64,000 nt of DNA from Heterodontus francisci (lineage: Eukaryota): the NCBI RefSeq assembly GCF_036365525.1, contig NC_090399.1, positions 46,470,430-46,534,429 of the forward strand, read 5' to 3'. The position numbers and the translations under genes are program-made. Shown in pieces: positions 61,575 through 64,000 of this stretch. The notes beneath the pieces are model-generated. The model was not told where the DNA came from. It was given only the letters and a program-made list of their open reading frames with translations, and did no database searches. Position 1 is the first letter of the stretch, and every line of letters starts with the position of its first letter.

Positions 61575-63627
61575 GCACAGTTGGAGGGTCAGTACTGAGG
61601 GAGTGCTGCACAGTCAGAGGGTCAGTACTGAGGGAGTGCTGCACTGTCGGAGGGTCAGTACTGACGGAGTGCAGCACTGTCAGAGGGGCAGAAGTGAGGG
61701 AGTGCTGCACTGTTGGGGGTCAGGACCCAGGGAGTGCTGCACTGTGAGAGGGTCAGTACTGAGAGAGTGCAGCACTGTCAGAGGGTCAGAACTGAGGGAG
61801 TGCAGCACTGTCAGCGGGTCAGCACTAAGGGTGTGCTGCTCCATCAGAGGTTCAATAATGAGCGAGTGCTGGACTGTCAGAGGGTTAGTAATGAGGGAGT
61901 GCTGCTCTGTCAGAGGGACAGTATTGAAGGAGTGCTGCTCTGTCAAAGGGTCAGTGCTGAGAGAGTGCTGCACTGACGGAGGGTAAGTACTGAGGGAGTG
62001 CTGCATTGTCAGAGAGTCAGTACTGAGGGAGTACTGCACTGTCAGAGGGTCAGAACTGAGGGTGTCCTGCACTTTCAGAGGGTCAGCACTGAGGGAGTGC
62101 TGCATTGTCAGAGGCTTAGTAATGAGGGAGTGCTGCACTGTCGGAGGGTCAGTACTGACGGAGTGCAGCACTGTCAGAGGGGCAGAAGTGAGGGAGTGCT
62201 GCACTGTTGGGGGTCAGTATTGAGGGAGTGCTGCACTGTGAGAGGGTCAGTACTGAGAGAGTGCAGCACTGTCAGAGGGTCAGAACTGAGGGAGTGCAGC
62301 ACTGTCAGCGGGTCAGCACTGAGGGTGTGCTGCTCCATCAGAGGTTCAATAATGAGCGAGTGCTGGACTGTCAGAGGGTTAGTAATGAGGGAGTGCTGCT
62401 CTGTCAGAAGGTCAGTACTGAGGGAGTGCTGCTCTGTCAGAGGGTCAGTACTGAGGGAGTGCTGCTCTGTCTGTCGGTCAGTAAACAGGGAGTGCTGCTC
62501 TGTCTGTCGGTCAGTACTCAGGGAGTGCTGCTCTGTCTGTCGGTCAGTACTCAGGGAGTGCTGCTCTGTCAGAGGGACAGTATTGAAGGAGTGCTGCTCT
62601 GTCAAAGGGTCAGTGCTGAGAGAGTGCTGCACTGACGGAGGGTAAGTACTGAGGGAGTGCTGCATTGTCAGAGAGTCAGTACTGAGGGAGTACTGCACTG
62701 TCAGAGGGTCAGTACTGAGGGAGTGCTGCACTGTCAGAGGGTCAGAACTGAGGGTGTCCTGCACTTTCAGAGGGTCAGCACTGAGGGAGTGCTGCATTGT
62801 CAGAGGCTTAGTAATGAGGGAGTGCTGCACTGTCAGAGGGTTAGTACTGAGGGAGTGCTACATTCTCAGAGGGTCAGTATTGAGGGAGTGCTGAACGGTC
62901 AGAAGTTCAGGACTGATGGAGTGCTGCACTGTCGGAGGGGCAGTACTGAGGGACTGCTTCACTGTCAGAGGTTCAGTAATGAGGGAGTGCTGCACTGTTA
63001 GTGGGTCAGTGCTGAGAGTGCTGCACTGTCAGAGTGTTAGGACTGATACAGTGCTGCACTATCAGAGGGTCAGTAATGAGGGAGTGCTGCACGGTCGGAG
63101 AGTCAGTACTGAGGGCGTGCTGCACTGTTAGGGGTCAGTACTGAGTGTGTGCTGCACTGTCAGAGGGTCAGTACTGAGGGAGTGCAGCACTGTCAGAGGG
63201 TCAGTACTGAGGGAGTGCTGCACTGTCAAAGGGTCAGCACTGAGGGAGCGCTGCTCTGTCAGTGGCTCAGTAATGAGGGAGTGCTGCACTGTCAGAGGGA
63301 TATTTCTGAGGGAGTGCTGCTCTGTCAGAAGGTCAGTACAGAGGGACTGCAGAATTGTCAGAGGGTCAGCACTGAGGGAGTGCTGCTCTGTCAGAGACTC
63401 AGTACTGAGGGACTGCTGCTGTGTCAGTGGGTCAGTACTGAGGGACTGTAGCACTGTCAGAGGGTCAGTTCTGAGGGATTGCTGCAGTGTCAGAGGGTCA
63501 GTTCTGAGGGACTGCTGCACTGTCAGAGTGTCAGTATTGTTGGAATGCTGCACTGTCAGACGGTCAGTAATGAAGGTGTGCTGCACTATCGAGGGTTAGT
63601 ACTGAGGGAGTGCTGCACTGTCAGAGG
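61575..63627 (+). repeat. 33-bp minisatellite, about 60 copies (paralog of 7035-7676)
   Basis: Same unit and same flanks as copy A, with higher-order block duplication. Confidence 0.95.
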
Positions 63628-64000
63628 TGCCCCCCCTTTTAACATTGACCTCTTACGTTTATATTGCCTTTCCTCAATCTTCCTTCCAAAATACATGTGT
63701 TCACACTTCTCTGCATTAAAACCCAGCTGCCGTATGCCTGCCCATTTCACCAGTCTGTCTATTGGAATCTTGGCCATTATCTCTGTGGGGTAAGGGGTGC
63801 TGGAATACAAAGTGGTGGATGTTATACATCAGTTGTACTGAATCTTGGTCAGATCCCACCTGGTTCAGTTCAATCTGTGAACAGCATCTCAGAGAAGATC
63901 ATTTTTCCTTGGAGAGGGTGCAGGGCAGGTTCACCAGAGGGATACATTGGCTGAAAGGGATGTTACCTCAACTTGGCTTGTATTCCCTGGATTATAGAAG

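Larger units (their letters stand above)
52456..64000 (+). repeat. Segmental duplication copy B (paralog of 3269-8049), expanded by CR1 insertions and minisatellite growth
   Basis: Colinear homology; 61141-61560 matches 6601-7020 with 3 differences. Confidence 0.95.

Overview
Repeat-rich eukaryotic genomic DNA, most likely from a shark (cartilaginous fish). This is inferred from HE1-type tRNA SINEs, CR1/L2/RTE/Penelope/Harbinger repeats and an MHC class I protein resembling shark class I as I recall it. The only host gene I can support is a six-exon, + strand MHC class I heavy chain: 9837-9885, 17559-17819, 24813-25085, 25965-26228, 26668-26772 and 27125-27237. It encodes about 354 aa, and all introns are GT-AG and phase 1. 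Most peptide-anchoring residues are lost, so it is non-classical (candidate UEA/UCA-type lineage). An X2-Y box promoter module lies upstream, separated from the ATG by a 1.1-kb VNTR. The gene's upstream region (3269-8049) recurs at 52456-64000, pointing to a tandem class I array with a paralog just beyond the window; the two copies show mosaic identity. The rest is nested transposons and minisatellites. These include a reconstructable inversion between two inverted Harbinger copies and Penelope-like inserts carrying minimal hammerhead ribozyme motifs. There is no CRISPR array or prokaryotic system. Most long ORFs in the track are tandem-repeat or antisense artefacts.
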